DNA from: an uncultured Thermodesulfovibrio sp.
GTDB lineage: Bacteria; Nitrospirota; Thermodesulfovibrionia; UBA6902
Length of the DNA: 41,438 bases
NCBI GenBank assembly: GCA_964653915.1
Contig: CAZZGC010000002.1
Span: forward strand, 1-41,438
Direction of reading: 5' to 3'
The translations under genes were made by a program, and so were the position numbers. Each line of letters begins with the position of its first letter. Position 1 is the first letter of the stretch. Under the pieces are notes generated by a model that searched no databases, was not told the DNA's origin, and saw only the letters and a program-made list of their open reading frames with translations. This document shows, in pieces, positions 25,788 through 34,126 of the stretch.

Positions 25788-27207
25788 AGCCTTGAGACTC
25801 GAGGACCGCAAGCCTCTCTCTCGCAAGCCTTCCGAGTGATGTAGCAGGAGCGACTCTCAGCTGATTTTTGTATTCCAGCACCGCTGCACGGTACTTGCCG
25901 GAATGTTCATAACATATACCGAGCAAACCATGGACTTCGGGATGTGAGGGGGCTGCCTCAGCAAATGCCGCAAGATGCGGTGCCGCCTTTGAGTAGCGCT
26001 TCATCCTGAAATAACTCTTGCCGAGGCCGAGATGAGATGGAGCATGATCCGGGTACAGGGCCAGACTCTCCCTGAATCGATCGACGGCATCGGGATAGTT
26101 ATGCAGAAAGTAGTGAACAAGTCCAGCTCCATAGACAGCGGGCTGATATTGGGGATCGATCGTCAGCGCCGATGAAAAGGATTGTCCGGCCGCTTCATAG
26201 TCCCGCTGTTTGAGACGGACAAATCCCAGCAGGTTATGAAACGGGGCCTGGCGATCGTTGAGCTTAATCGCCTCAAGGAGTTTTCCCGCCGCCGTAGCAA
26301 GGTCATCGTCTTCGTATGCCTTTTCCGCCACATCGTAGATATGGTACACATTGTTGACAGCGCGGATGTTCTTCGTGGCAGCCATAAAACGTCCTCTGAA
26401 CAGCCCGTCCCCATTAAGAGTATGTGGGGGCAGTGCCTGTATCATGGCGTTTATTTCTGCAACCCTGACAGTGGTTCTCGGGTGTGTGGAGAGAATGCCT
26501 GCAATGAAGGAGTCATCACGCCTGGAACGGCCGGTCCTTGCGAGGTATCTGTCAACGGCATGTTCGAGCACCTCATGGGACTTAAGCGCCTCACGTGGGT
26601 CGTAACCTGCTGCAGCCATATACTTGACGCCGAGCCTGTCAGCCTGAAGCTCCTGGTGCCTGTCATAACTCAACAGGAGAAGACTGCTCCCAACAGCACC
26701 GAGCCGGAGCAGGGTATCGCTGTTTTTTCCGCCTCCGAGTGCTGCGGCACCCAGGGCCATGCCCAGCTGCTGAAGTGTGACCCGGGACATCCTCTGTGCC
26801 GTATGGCGGGCCATTACATGCCCTATTTCATGCCCCATTACAGCCGCGAACTGTGCTTCGTTCTGCATCTCACAAAGCAGCCCTCTCGTTATAGCCACAT
26901 ACCCCGGCAGGGCAAAGGCATTAGGTATGGATGAGTTCTGTATGTAGAACCTGAAAGGCAGCCCCGGTCTTTCGGAGACCAGCCAGAGCCGTTGAACTAT
27001 TCCCTCAAGATAAGCCTTGAGGGCGGGATCATCGTAATGCCCGCCAAACTCCCAGTTGGCAGATGGCGCGGCCCTGATTCCAATCTGAATCTCCTGCTGC
27101 TCGCTGACGAGCATGAGTTCCTTTTCGCCGGTGACAGGGTTTACCGCGCACGAGATGAGGGCAACGAAGGCTGCTGCAATGATTGCGTATCTGAAAACGC
27201 TCATCAC
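25780..27207 (-). CDS. BepA-like M48 zinc metalloprotease with C-terminal TPR repeats (lipoprotein signal)
   Basis: 475 aa with the lipobox-like 'VALISCAV', the zincin motif 'MGHEIGHVMARH' and 4-5 TPR-like repeats. The start is the GTG at 27207 or the ATG at 27204. Confidence 0.8.
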   Translation of the reverse strand: MMSVFRYAIIAAAFVALISCAVNPVTGEKELMLVSEQQEIQIGIRAAPSANWEFGGHYDDPALKAYLEGIVQRLWLVSERPGLPFRFYIQNSSIPNAFALPGYVAITRGLLCEMQNEAQFAAVMGHEIGHVMARHTAQRMSRVTLQQLGMALGAAALGGGKNSDTLLRLGAVGSSLLLLSYDRHQELQADRLGVKYMAAAGYDPREALKSHEVLEHAVDRYLARTGRSRRDDSFIAGILSTHPRTTVRVAEINAMIQALPPHTLNGDGLFRGRFMAATKNIRAVNNVYHIYDVAEKAYEDDDLATAAGKLLEAIKLNDRQAPFHNLLGFVRLKQRDYEAAGQSFSSALTIDPQYQPAVYGAGLVHYFLHNYPDAVDRFRESLALYPDHAPSHLGLGKSYFRMKRYSKAAPHLAAFAEAAPSHPEVHGLLGICYEHSGKYRAAVLEYKNQLRVAPATSLGRLARERLAVLESQGFR

Positions 27208-27210
27208 TTA

Positions 27211-27245
27211 TCAATTATCAATAGTCAATATCCAATAGTCAATAG
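27211..27245. repeat. Five tandem heptamers TCAATTA-TCAATAG-TCAATAT-CCAATAG-TCAATAG in a divergent promoter region
   Basis: Read directly from the sequence. It begins 4 nt upstream of the M48 protease start codon and is followed by the hairpin GGGCGG-TAGA-CCGCCC (27249-27264). Confidence 0.7.
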
Positions 27246-27330
27246 TGTGGGCGGTAGACCGCCCTAAAGCTTTTTCCATAATACTCGAATAGTAATAGTA
27301 AGAATATATAAGGGATTAACAGGTGAACGC

Positions 27331-28929
27331 ATGGCGGCATCTTCTAATTCAAGCAAGGCAAAAATGAAGTCCGGCGCAGCACAGAGATACAGGGTGCTTC
27401 TTGTGGAAGATGGGGATTCCGACTACGGAATTATGGGATTTCTGTCAAAGGAAAAGAGTATGGAATACGATTTCATGTTTGCCGGATCGGTTGCGGATGC
27501 CAGACGGATGACGAAGGAAGAGCATTTTGATGTGGTCATATCCGAATACATCATCGGACAGGAAACGGTCTTCGATTTACTCGATACTTTAAAGGGTGTG
27601 CCGGTGATAGTAGTCACAGGCAGTGGTAACGAAGAGGTGGCTGTCAGGGCGTTCAAGGCGGGGGCGAGTGATTATGTCGTGAGGGACAGCGGCATGAATT
27701 ACCTTAAGGTGCTGCCGGTGACAATCGAAAACGCCATCGGCAGGAAGCGGTCGGAAGAGAGGCAGATCCTGCTGGAATCGGCGGTTCTTAATGCAAACGA
27801 TGCCATTATCATACTGGAGGCCGAGCCAGGAGAGAAGCGGGGCCGGCGCATCCTCTTCGTAAATCGTGCATTTACGAGAATGACCGGTTTTTCCTTTGAC
27901 GAGGCTGTGGGCAATACCCTGAGGATGCTCAGGGGCCCGAGAACCAGTCTTTCGACATTAAACAAGATAAGGCTTGCTCTCGACAAAGGCGTACCTATCA
28001 GGGTTGAGCTCATAAATTACAGGAAAGACGGAACCGAGGTTTGGGTGGAGTGTAATATTGTTCCCTTTGCGGACGAGCAGGGAAGATTTATGCACTGGGT
28101 GTCGGTACAGAGGGACATAACCGAAAGAAAGAGGGCGGAGGAAGAGCGGGAAAGGTTGCTCAGTGAAATAGAAGCTGTAAATGCGGATCTCAGCGAGCTG
28201 AACCATGAACTGGAGACGATAGGTGCGGAGCGCACAATGAGCCTGATGGCGCTGACCGTGGCGGACAGAATCAGGAATCCCGCGGCCATGATAGGGGCGC
28301 GGTGCCGGAGATTGCTCAGCAAGAATCCCCCTGACCACCTGAAGGAGGGTCTGGCATATATAATGGAAGGGGCGGAAAAACTTGAGAGGATAGTATCAGA
28401 ATTCGAGGTGTTGCTGAAGGAAAAACAGTACAAGTTCCGAAGCGAAGAACTTAACAGTATTGTCTCCAAGGTTCTGAGCGTGAGCATGAAAGAGGCGCGC
28501 AACAGGGGCATAGATTTGCGGGTAAATCTCGGCAGAGGGATGCGATGTGTGAATATGCAGAAGGATCTTCTTAGAATGGCGGTCTTTCATCTTGTGAAAA
28601 ATGCCGTTGAATCTACTCCGGAAGGCGGTGTTGTTGAGATTGCCACATTCATGGAAAATGACTATGCCGTCCTGTCTGTAAAGGACACAGGGTACGGAAT
28701 ACCGCCGGAAGAGATCGACAATATTTTCCGGCCTTTTTTCAGTACCAAGGAGCATGGCTTCGGGCTGGGGCTGCCTCTGGTAAAGCAGATCGTCTCGGAG
28801 CACCTGGGCACGCTTGATGTAAACAGCACGCCAGGCAAGGGAACCGAATTCAGATTGAAATTCCCAACAAGATGGATCGAAGAGAAGCTGTACAAGGAGC
28901 TGACCCTCAGGGGCGGTAATAATTCATAG
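27331..28929 (+). CDS. Receiver / LOV-like PAS / histidine-kinase-like (DHp + HATPase_c) hybrid sensor protein with atypical active-site residues
   Basis: 532 aa. The REC domain is 'RVLLVEDGDSD...VVISEY...VIVVTGSG...AFKAGASDYV'. The PAS domain is 'FVNRAFTRMTGFSFDEAVGNTLRMLRGP...LINYRKDGTEVWVE...WVSVQRDIT'. These are followed by a coiled coil and the DHp-like 'ADRIRNPAAMIG'. ATP-lid boxes are intact: N ('LVKNAVES'), G1 ('DTGYGI'), F ('FRPFFSTK') and G2 ('GFGLGLPLV'). Confidence 0.85.
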   Translation: MAASSNSSKAKMKSGAAQRYRVLLVEDGDSDYGIMGFLSKEKSMEYDFMFAGSVADARRMTKEEHFDVVISEYIIGQETVFDLLDTLKGVPVIVVTGSGNEEVAVRAFKAGASDYVVRDSGMNYLKVLPVTIENAIGRKRSEERQILLESAVLNANDAIIILEAEPGEKRGRRILFVNRAFTRMTGFSFDEAVGNTLRMLRGPRTSLSTLNKIRLALDKGVPIRVELINYRKDGTEVWVECNIVPFADEQGRFMHWVSVQRDITERKRAEEERERLLSEIEAVNADLSELNHELETIGAERTMSLMALTVADRIRNPAAMIGARCRRLLSKNPPDHLKEGLAYIMEGAEKLERIVSEFEVLLKEKQYKFRSEELNSIVSKVLSVSMKEARNRGIDLRVNLGRGMRCVNMQKDLLRMAVFHLVKNAVESTPEGGVVEIATFMENDYAVLSVKDTGYGIPPEEIDNIFRPFFSTKEHGFGLGLPLVKQIVSEHLGTLDVNSTPGKGTEFRLKFPTRWIEEKLYKELTLRGGNNS

Positions 28930-28958
28930 GAAATTCATATCTTTTCCGTTATTCTTAA

Positions 28959-28987
28959 TTGATATAGCAAAGCCGATTTGTTATACT
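28959..28987 (+). promoter_or_regulatory. Candidate sigma70-type promoter of T2SS cluster 2 (TTGATA-17 nt-TATACT)
   Basis: TTGATA is at 28959-28964, followed by a 17-nt spacer and TATACT at 28982-28987. This sits about 105 nt upstream of the secretin ATG. Motif match only. Confidence 0.35.
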
Positions 28988-29098
28988 TCAAAATAGTTTG
29001 GCTGATTATGAACAAGAGTGGATATCCATTAGTGAAGGAGTGTTGGCAGCAGGCATGAATATCCGTGGCGGCACCTGTAGTGCTTGCGATATGAACGT

Positions 29099-31174
29099 AT
29101 GAAAAAGCAAAGTGTATTTCTGGCATGCCTGCTGATTATTCTCTGCAGCTTTTCGTCATTGCGTGCAGAGGAGCCGCCGGGGAAAGGGCTCTCAGGTGGA
29201 AAGATCACGCCGTCTCAGATCAAGGCTTTTCTGAACAAGAAGCCGAAGTCTGCTGAAGATCAGTTTATAATTCTGAATTTTGACAATGCCGACCTGAAGG
29301 ATGTCATAAGTACCATCAGCCAGATTACCCAGGAAAATTTCATAATCACCCCGGGTGTCGGCGCGCAGATAACGATTCATTCTTCGAAAAAGATTCCTGT
29401 CAGTGAGGTGATGAATGTTTTTGAGTCCGTACTGGAGGCCAACAATATGGCCCTTGTGCGCTCAGGCGAGTTTTTCAAGATAGTTCCCGGTCCGTCCGCA
29501 AAGCAGAAGAAGCTTGAGGTAAGGACGGCGGCAGATCTCGGTGATATTCCCGACCGCGACAGGCCGGTTACGCAGCTTGTTCCGGTAAACTTCATACCGG
29601 TAACGGAGGCAAGTACGGTCCTGACCCCGCTTCTTTCGCAGGTCGGCAGCATAATACCCAATACAAGAAACAACCTCCTCATAATTAACGACCTTTCTTC
29701 GAACATAATCAGGCTTCTTCAGGTTCTCAAAGAGATAGATGTCAACGCCTTTAAGAACTCGAGGATGTTCTTTTTTAAACCGAAATACTCAGACGTTCTG
29801 ACGCTGTCGGATGAGCTTAATGAAGTCCTCAGCGTCCTTAACCTCTCCGGCGAGGGAATCGCCATCGTCCCGATCGAGAGGATCAACAGCCTGATAATAT
29901 TTTCAGCGAGCAAGAAACTGCTCAACGCCATAGAGGGCTGGATACGGAAACTCGACGAAGAAGTAGTTACCGGCAGACACGTTTTCGTCTATCCTGTGCA
30001 GAATGTCAAGGCTCAGGATATTGCCGAGATACTCACCAATATTTATGAGGCGAACGGTGGCTCTGATGTCAGGCGTTTAACGAAAACGACGCAACGCAAG
30101 ACGGCCAAGTCCAGGACAACAGCAAAACGCACCGTTAGGAGAACCGCCACTCAGAAAACAGGCGGCAGCAGAGTGGAAATTATCACTTTCGAGCCGACCA
30201 ACTCTCTGGTAATCCTCGCCCCACCGGGCATATACAGAGATATAGTTAAAACGATCAGGAAGATAGATGTCTATCCCCGCGAAGTGCTCATCGAGGCGAT
30301 AATCGCAGAAGTTACGCTGTCTGATGCTGAAAAACTGGGCATACAGTGGTCTGTGCTTCATAATGTAAATATCGAGGGCAACACTTACAAGGGACTTGCC
30401 CAGGGCAGTTCGGGTTTGGAGGACCTTCCGTCACTTGCGGCTCAGACATTTCCTCCTGCTTTGGGGGCGGCGCCGGACGGCGGCATTTCTTATATACTTT
30501 TCAGGAGCAACAAGCTGATGAGCATGGTAAATGCTCTTGCAAGTGAGTCCAAAGTGAAGATTTTATCCAGTCCGCGCCTGCTGGTACGGGATCAGGAAGA
30601 GGCAAGCATCGAGGTGGGCTCGGATATTCCGACCGCGACGAGTACCACACAGACTACAACGACGGATACGCTGACTCAGAATATTGAGTACAGGACAGTG
30701 GGAATAAAGCTCAAGATCAAACCCACAATCAGTGAGGACAAGACGGTAGTCCTTGATATAGAACAAGAAGTATCGTCAAAGGGAGAGTCCCAGCAGGTGG
30801 GGCAGTCGGGTAACCTCTTCCCTACATTCACGACCACCAAGGCCAAGACCTCAATAGTTGTGCCTGACAAGCAGGGCATCCTGATCGGGGGCATCATGCA
30901 GGAGAAGAAGGACAGGAGTTACCAGGGCATCCCTCTGCTGAGTAAGATCCCCATCCTTGGTCCGATCTTTCGATACAGGGTCAACTCGATCGTCAAGAAG
31001 GAACTGGTCATAATCATAAATCCCCATGTAGTATCGACCAGGGATGAGGCTGATGTCCTGACCAGAACGTACATGGAGAAACTCAGAGCGGTCAGGGAAT
31101 TTCTTCAGGAGAAGCAGGGTTCCATCAACTATTCCCCTGATGGAGTATCAGACAAGCAGGTAAATGAGCCTTAG
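29099..31174 (+). CDS. gspD: T2SS cluster 2: secretin GspD
   Basis: About 691 aa from the ATG at 29099 ('MKKQSVFLACLLIILCSFSSLRA' signal). N0 is 'ILNFDNADLKDVISTISQITQENFII'. The secretin core is 'ILIGGIMQEKKDRSYQGIPLLSKIPILGPIFR'. A basic Thr/Arg/Lys-rich insert ('RRLTKTTQRKTAKSRTTAKRTVRRTATQK') lies between N domains. Confidence 0.88.
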   Translation: MKKQSVFLACLLIILCSFSSLRAEEPPGKGLSGGKITPSQIKAFLNKKPKSAEDQFIILNFDNADLKDVISTISQITQENFIITPGVGAQITIHSSKKIPVSEVMNVFESVLEANNMALVRSGEFFKIVPGPSAKQKKLEVRTAADLGDIPDRDRPVTQLVPVNFIPVTEASTVLTPLLSQVGSIIPNTRNNLLIINDLSSNIIRLLQVLKEIDVNAFKNSRMFFFKPKYSDVLTLSDELNEVLSVLNLSGEGIAIVPIERINSLIIFSASKKLLNAIEGWIRKLDEEVVTGRHVFVYPVQNVKAQDIAEILTNIYEANGGSDVRRLTKTTQRKTAKSRTTAKRTVRRTATQKTGGSRVEIITFEPTNSLVILAPPGIYRDIVKTIRKIDVYPREVLIEAIIAEVTLSDAEKLGIQWSVLHNVNIEGNTYKGLAQGSSGLEDLPSLAAQTFPPALGAAPDGGISYILFRSNKLMSMVNALASESKVKILSSPRLLVRDQEEASIEVGSDIPTATSTTQTTTTDTLTQNIEYRTVGIKLKIKPTISEDKTVVLDIEQEVSSKGESQQVGQSGNLFPTFTTTKAKTSIVVPDKQGILIGGIMQEKKDRSYQGIPLLSKIPILGPIFRYRVNSIVKKELVIIINPHVVSTRDEADVLTRTYMEKLRAVREFLQEKQGSINYSPDGVSDKQVNEP

Positions 31175-32879
31175 CACCTTCAAGATAAAGAAGTCGGACC
31201 TCTTAGGCAAGATCCTACTTAACGTTATTACTCCTGAAAAACTCGAGATAGCGCTGAAGGAGCAGTCCGCTATCGGGAAGAGCAATCCGCGTCGTCTCGG
31301 CGAGATACTTGTTGACCTTGGATTTATATCCGAAGACGACCTGCTGCAGGCTTTGAGCTCGCAGTTCGGGCTTGAGTATCTCAAATTCGCTGAATTTCCC
31401 AAAACGATTCCTAACGAATCCTATCCAACGGTAAAGTTCATGAAGCAGTACAAATTTGTTCCGGTCGGTGTCGACGATGGCGTAATGAAGATAGCCGTGG
31501 CTGATCCGCTGAACGAGTATGTATTCGATGCGCTCGAAGTGTTCGCCGACAGGCCTCTGAAGATATATCTCAGCAGCGAAAAGGACATCATGGAGGCGAT
31601 CGAACAGTACTTCGGCGGCAATGTCCAGATGACGAGCATCATGGAGGGGATGCGGGAGGAAGAGGAGGCTGAGACGGGACTTGACCTGCAGGAGGATGTC
31701 CATCATCTGAGGGACATGGCCTTCGAGGCCCCGATTGTGAAGCTTGTAAATATGCTCATTACGCGTGCCGTAGAGAGCAACACGAGTGATATCCATATAG
31801 AGCCATTCGAGAATAACGTAAAGGTCCGTTACCGTATAGACGGTGCCCTGACAGAGGTCGAGTCTTTTCCAAAGAGGATCCAGGCCGCCGTGATTTCCCG
31901 CATCAAGATAATGTCGCGCCTGAATATTGCGGAAAGGAGACTGCCCCAGGACGGCCGAATCAAGCTGCGCGTGTCGGGAAGGGACATTGACCTGCGTGTA
32001 TCGACCATCCCGACCATCTACGGTGAAAGCATCGTAATGAGGATACTCGACAGGGGGAGTGCGCTGATAGTCCTGGAGCATCTGGGCTTTCCGGAAGAGA
32101 CGCTCGAAAGGTACAAGGGGCTGATCAACACGCCTTACGGAATCCTTCTTGTAACCGGCCCCACCGGAAGCGGCAAGACCACGACTCTCTACGCTTCTCT
32201 GAACAAGATAAACTCATCGGCAAGGAAAATCATTACCATAGAAGATCCCATAGAGTACCAGATACAGGGGATCAATCAGATTCAGGTCAAGCCCCAGATC
32301 GGACTCACTTTCGCAAACGGGCTCAGGCATATCGTCAGGCAGGACCCCGACATCATCATGGTTGGTGAGATCAGGGACCTTGAGACGGCCGAGATAGCTA
32401 TTCATTCGGCGCTGACAGGCCATCTCGTTTTCAGTACGCTTCATACGAATGACGCGCCCGGTGCGGTAACCCGGCTTCTCGATATGGGCATAGAGGGCTT
32501 CCTCGTTTCGTCCTCACTCATAGGTGTGCTTGCCCAGAGGCTGGTCAGGGTGATATGCCCCGACTGCAAGGAGCCTTACAAGCCTGAGGATTTGCCGGAT
32601 GATGTAATTGCCGCGATCGGGGATGCGGAGACGTATCATGGCCGGGGCTGCGACAGGTGCCGCAATACCGGCTTCCGGGGAAGGACAGGCATTTTCGAGC
32701 TCATGACCGTTAACGAGGAGATCCGCAGGCTCATCCTGGAAAAGGCAAGTTCTAACGTCATAAGGAAGAAGGCGATCGCTAACGGAATGGAGATACTGAG
32801 GGAATGCGGCTGGCGCAAGGTCAGAGACGGCACTACCTCAGTGGAAGAAGTGCTCAGGGTGGCTCAGGAGGGTGTCTGA
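31164..32879 (+). CDS. gspE: T2SS cluster 2: assembly ATPase GspE with MshEN-like N-terminal motif
   Basis: 571 aa with Walker A 'GPTGSGKTTTLYA', 'IIMVGEIRD', 'GHLVFSTLHTNDA' and 'CPDC...CDRC'. The N-terminus carries 'RLGEILVDLGFISEDDLLQALSSQ' ahead of a T2SSE_N domain. It overlaps the secretin stop by 11 nt. Confidence 0.95.
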   Translation: MSLSTFKIKKSDLLGKILLNVITPEKLEIALKEQSAIGKSNPRRLGEILVDLGFISEDDLLQALSSQFGLEYLKFAEFPKTIPNESYPTVKFMKQYKFVPVGVDDGVMKIAVADPLNEYVFDALEVFADRPLKIYLSSEKDIMEAIEQYFGGNVQMTSIMEGMREEEEAETGLDLQEDVHHLRDMAFEAPIVKLVNMLITRAVESNTSDIHIEPFENNVKVRYRIDGALTEVESFPKRIQAAVISRIKIMSRLNIAERRLPQDGRIKLRVSGRDIDLRVSTIPTIYGESIVMRILDRGSALIVLEHLGFPEETLERYKGLINTPYGILLVTGPTGSGKTTTLYASLNKINSSARKIITIEDPIEYQIQGINQIQVKPQIGLTFANGLRHIVRQDPDIIMVGEIRDLETAEIAIHSALTGHLVFSTLHTNDAPGAVTRLLDMGIEGFLVSSSLIGVLAQRLVRVICPDCKEPYKPEDLPDDVIAAIGDAETYHGRGCDRCRNTGFRGRTGIFELMTVNEEIRRLILEKASSNVIRKKAIANGMEILRECGWRKVRDGTTSVEEVLRVAQEGV

Positions 32880-34096
32880 TGGAGCTGTTTTCTTACGAGG
32901 CCACTACAAGGGACGGCAACATAGTTTCCGGCACAATAGAAGTGGAAAACGAGAAGCTTGCCATCGATCGTATTCAGGAAATGGGGTATTTCCCGCTGAA
33001 GATCGAAAAGGCTTCCGGTGGTGCAGGCTTTCTTGAACGTCTTTCCGAATCGCTTCAGGGCGGAATAAAAGATAAGGACGTCATGTCACTTACCTATCAG
33101 CTCGGAGTTCTCCTCGAGGCCGGCTTCACACTCGACCGTTCACTCGGAATCCTGGCGGGTCTCTCAGGTAAAAAAAAACTCAGGGAACTTATTGAGGATC
33201 TGATTGCACAGATAAGGAGCGGCCGCTCTTTTTCAGAGGCGCTGGCCAGATTTCCTGATATCTTCCCCCCGTTCTACACCAACATGGTAATGGCCGGTGA
33301 GGCCGGAGGCTTTCTTGAAGAGACCATAACAAGACTCGCGGCTCATCTCGAAAACGCCCAGGACATCAAGGAAGAGGTTCGCTCGGCCATGATTTATCCG
33401 GCGCTTCTCAGTATCGTGGGCGGTTCGGCCGTTATCGTTCTTCTGACATTTGTCGTTCCTCAGTTCACCAAGATATTTGAGGACATGGGAGAGGCGCTCC
33501 CTCTGCCCACGGTCATACTGCTCTCCATAAGCAACGGGCTGGTGCAGTACTGGTGGGCGCTGCTTGCGGTTGCAGTAGTTGCGGGCGTTGTGCTGAGGCG
33601 CTATTTACACAGCGAAAGCGGCAGGCGTGCCTGGGATAGAATAAGGTTCAGACTGCCGCTTTTCGGCAAGCTCTTCAAGGAAACAGCCGTAGCGCGGTTT
33701 GCCAGGACTCTGGGCGCCCTGCTGAGCAGCGGTGTTCCACTGCTTAATGCGCTTCAGATTGTTCAGGGAACGCTTGGCAGCGACAGCATCGCTGCCACGG
33801 TCGCCGCTGTCAGGGAGTCGGCAAGAAAGGGTAAGGGCATTTCCGGACCTCTTGCACAATCCGAGATATTTCCACCGATAGCGGTACATATGATTACCGT
33901 AGGTGAAGAATCAGGGAAACTGGATGAAATGTTTATCAAGATCGCGGACAGGTTCGACACCGAGGTGCGCACTACTATAAAAAGACTGCTTTCGCTGCTT
34001 GAGCCTTTACTGATACTGATTATGGGAATGGTAGTCGGCTTTATCGTTATAGCAATGCTGGTAGCGATATTCAGCATTAATGAACTGCCTTTTTAA
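32879..34096 (+). CDS. gspF: T2SS cluster 2: platform protein GspF
   Basis: 405 aa from the ATG at 32879, which overlaps the gspE TGA (TGATG). The N-terminus is 'MELFSYEATTRDGNIVSGTIEVENEKLAIDRIQEMGYFP'. It has two GspF repeats and 3 TM segments. The listed start at 32804 lies inside gspE. Confidence 0.92.
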   Translation: MELFSYEATTRDGNIVSGTIEVENEKLAIDRIQEMGYFPLKIEKASGGAGFLERLSESLQGGIKDKDVMSLTYQLGVLLEAGFTLDRSLGILAGLSGKKKLRELIEDLIAQIRSGRSFSEALARFPDIFPPFYTNMVMAGEAGGFLEETITRLAAHLENAQDIKEEVRSAMIYPALLSIVGGSAVIVLLTFVVPQFTKIFEDMGEALPLPTVILLSISNGLVQYWWALLAVAVVAGVVLRRYLHSESGRRAWDRIRFRLPLFGKLFKETAVARFARTLGALLSSGVPLLNALQIVQGTLGSDSIAATVAAVRESARKGKGISGPLAQSEIFPPIAVHMITVGEESGKLDEMFIKIADRFDTEVRTTIKRLLSLLEPLLILIMGMVVGFIVIAMLVAIFSINELPF

Positions 34097-34126
34097 TCTA
34101 CATTTACGGAAATTTGGAGGATATTT

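Noticed and set aside
26182-26934. 250-aa ORF antisense to the M48/TPR protease gene
   Set aside because: The minus-strand product has the HEIGH zincin motif and TPR repeats. The plus-strand ORF has no recognisable features.
29069-29084. Sigma54-like element cGGCACc-tgta-gTGCt upstream of the cluster-2 secretin
   Set aside because: GGCAC and TGC are spaced correctly, but the flanking consensus bases are missing. The implied start site would be only ~4 nt from the ATG, and no bEBP-type activator gene is nearby. It also lies inside the candidate uORF. This is not enough to call.
31215-32081. 288-aa ORF antisense to gspE2
   Set aside because: It lies wholly opposite the most conserved part of the ATPase gene. 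It has no SD and no recognisable motif. This is a typical shadow ORF of a strongly codon-biased gene.
33170-33178. A9 homopolymer inside gspF2 as a possible phase-variation tract
   Set aside because: It encodes 'GKKKL' in a cytoplasmic loop. The reasoning is the same as for the gspC1 tract. It is worth a glance in read pile-ups but cannot be supported here.
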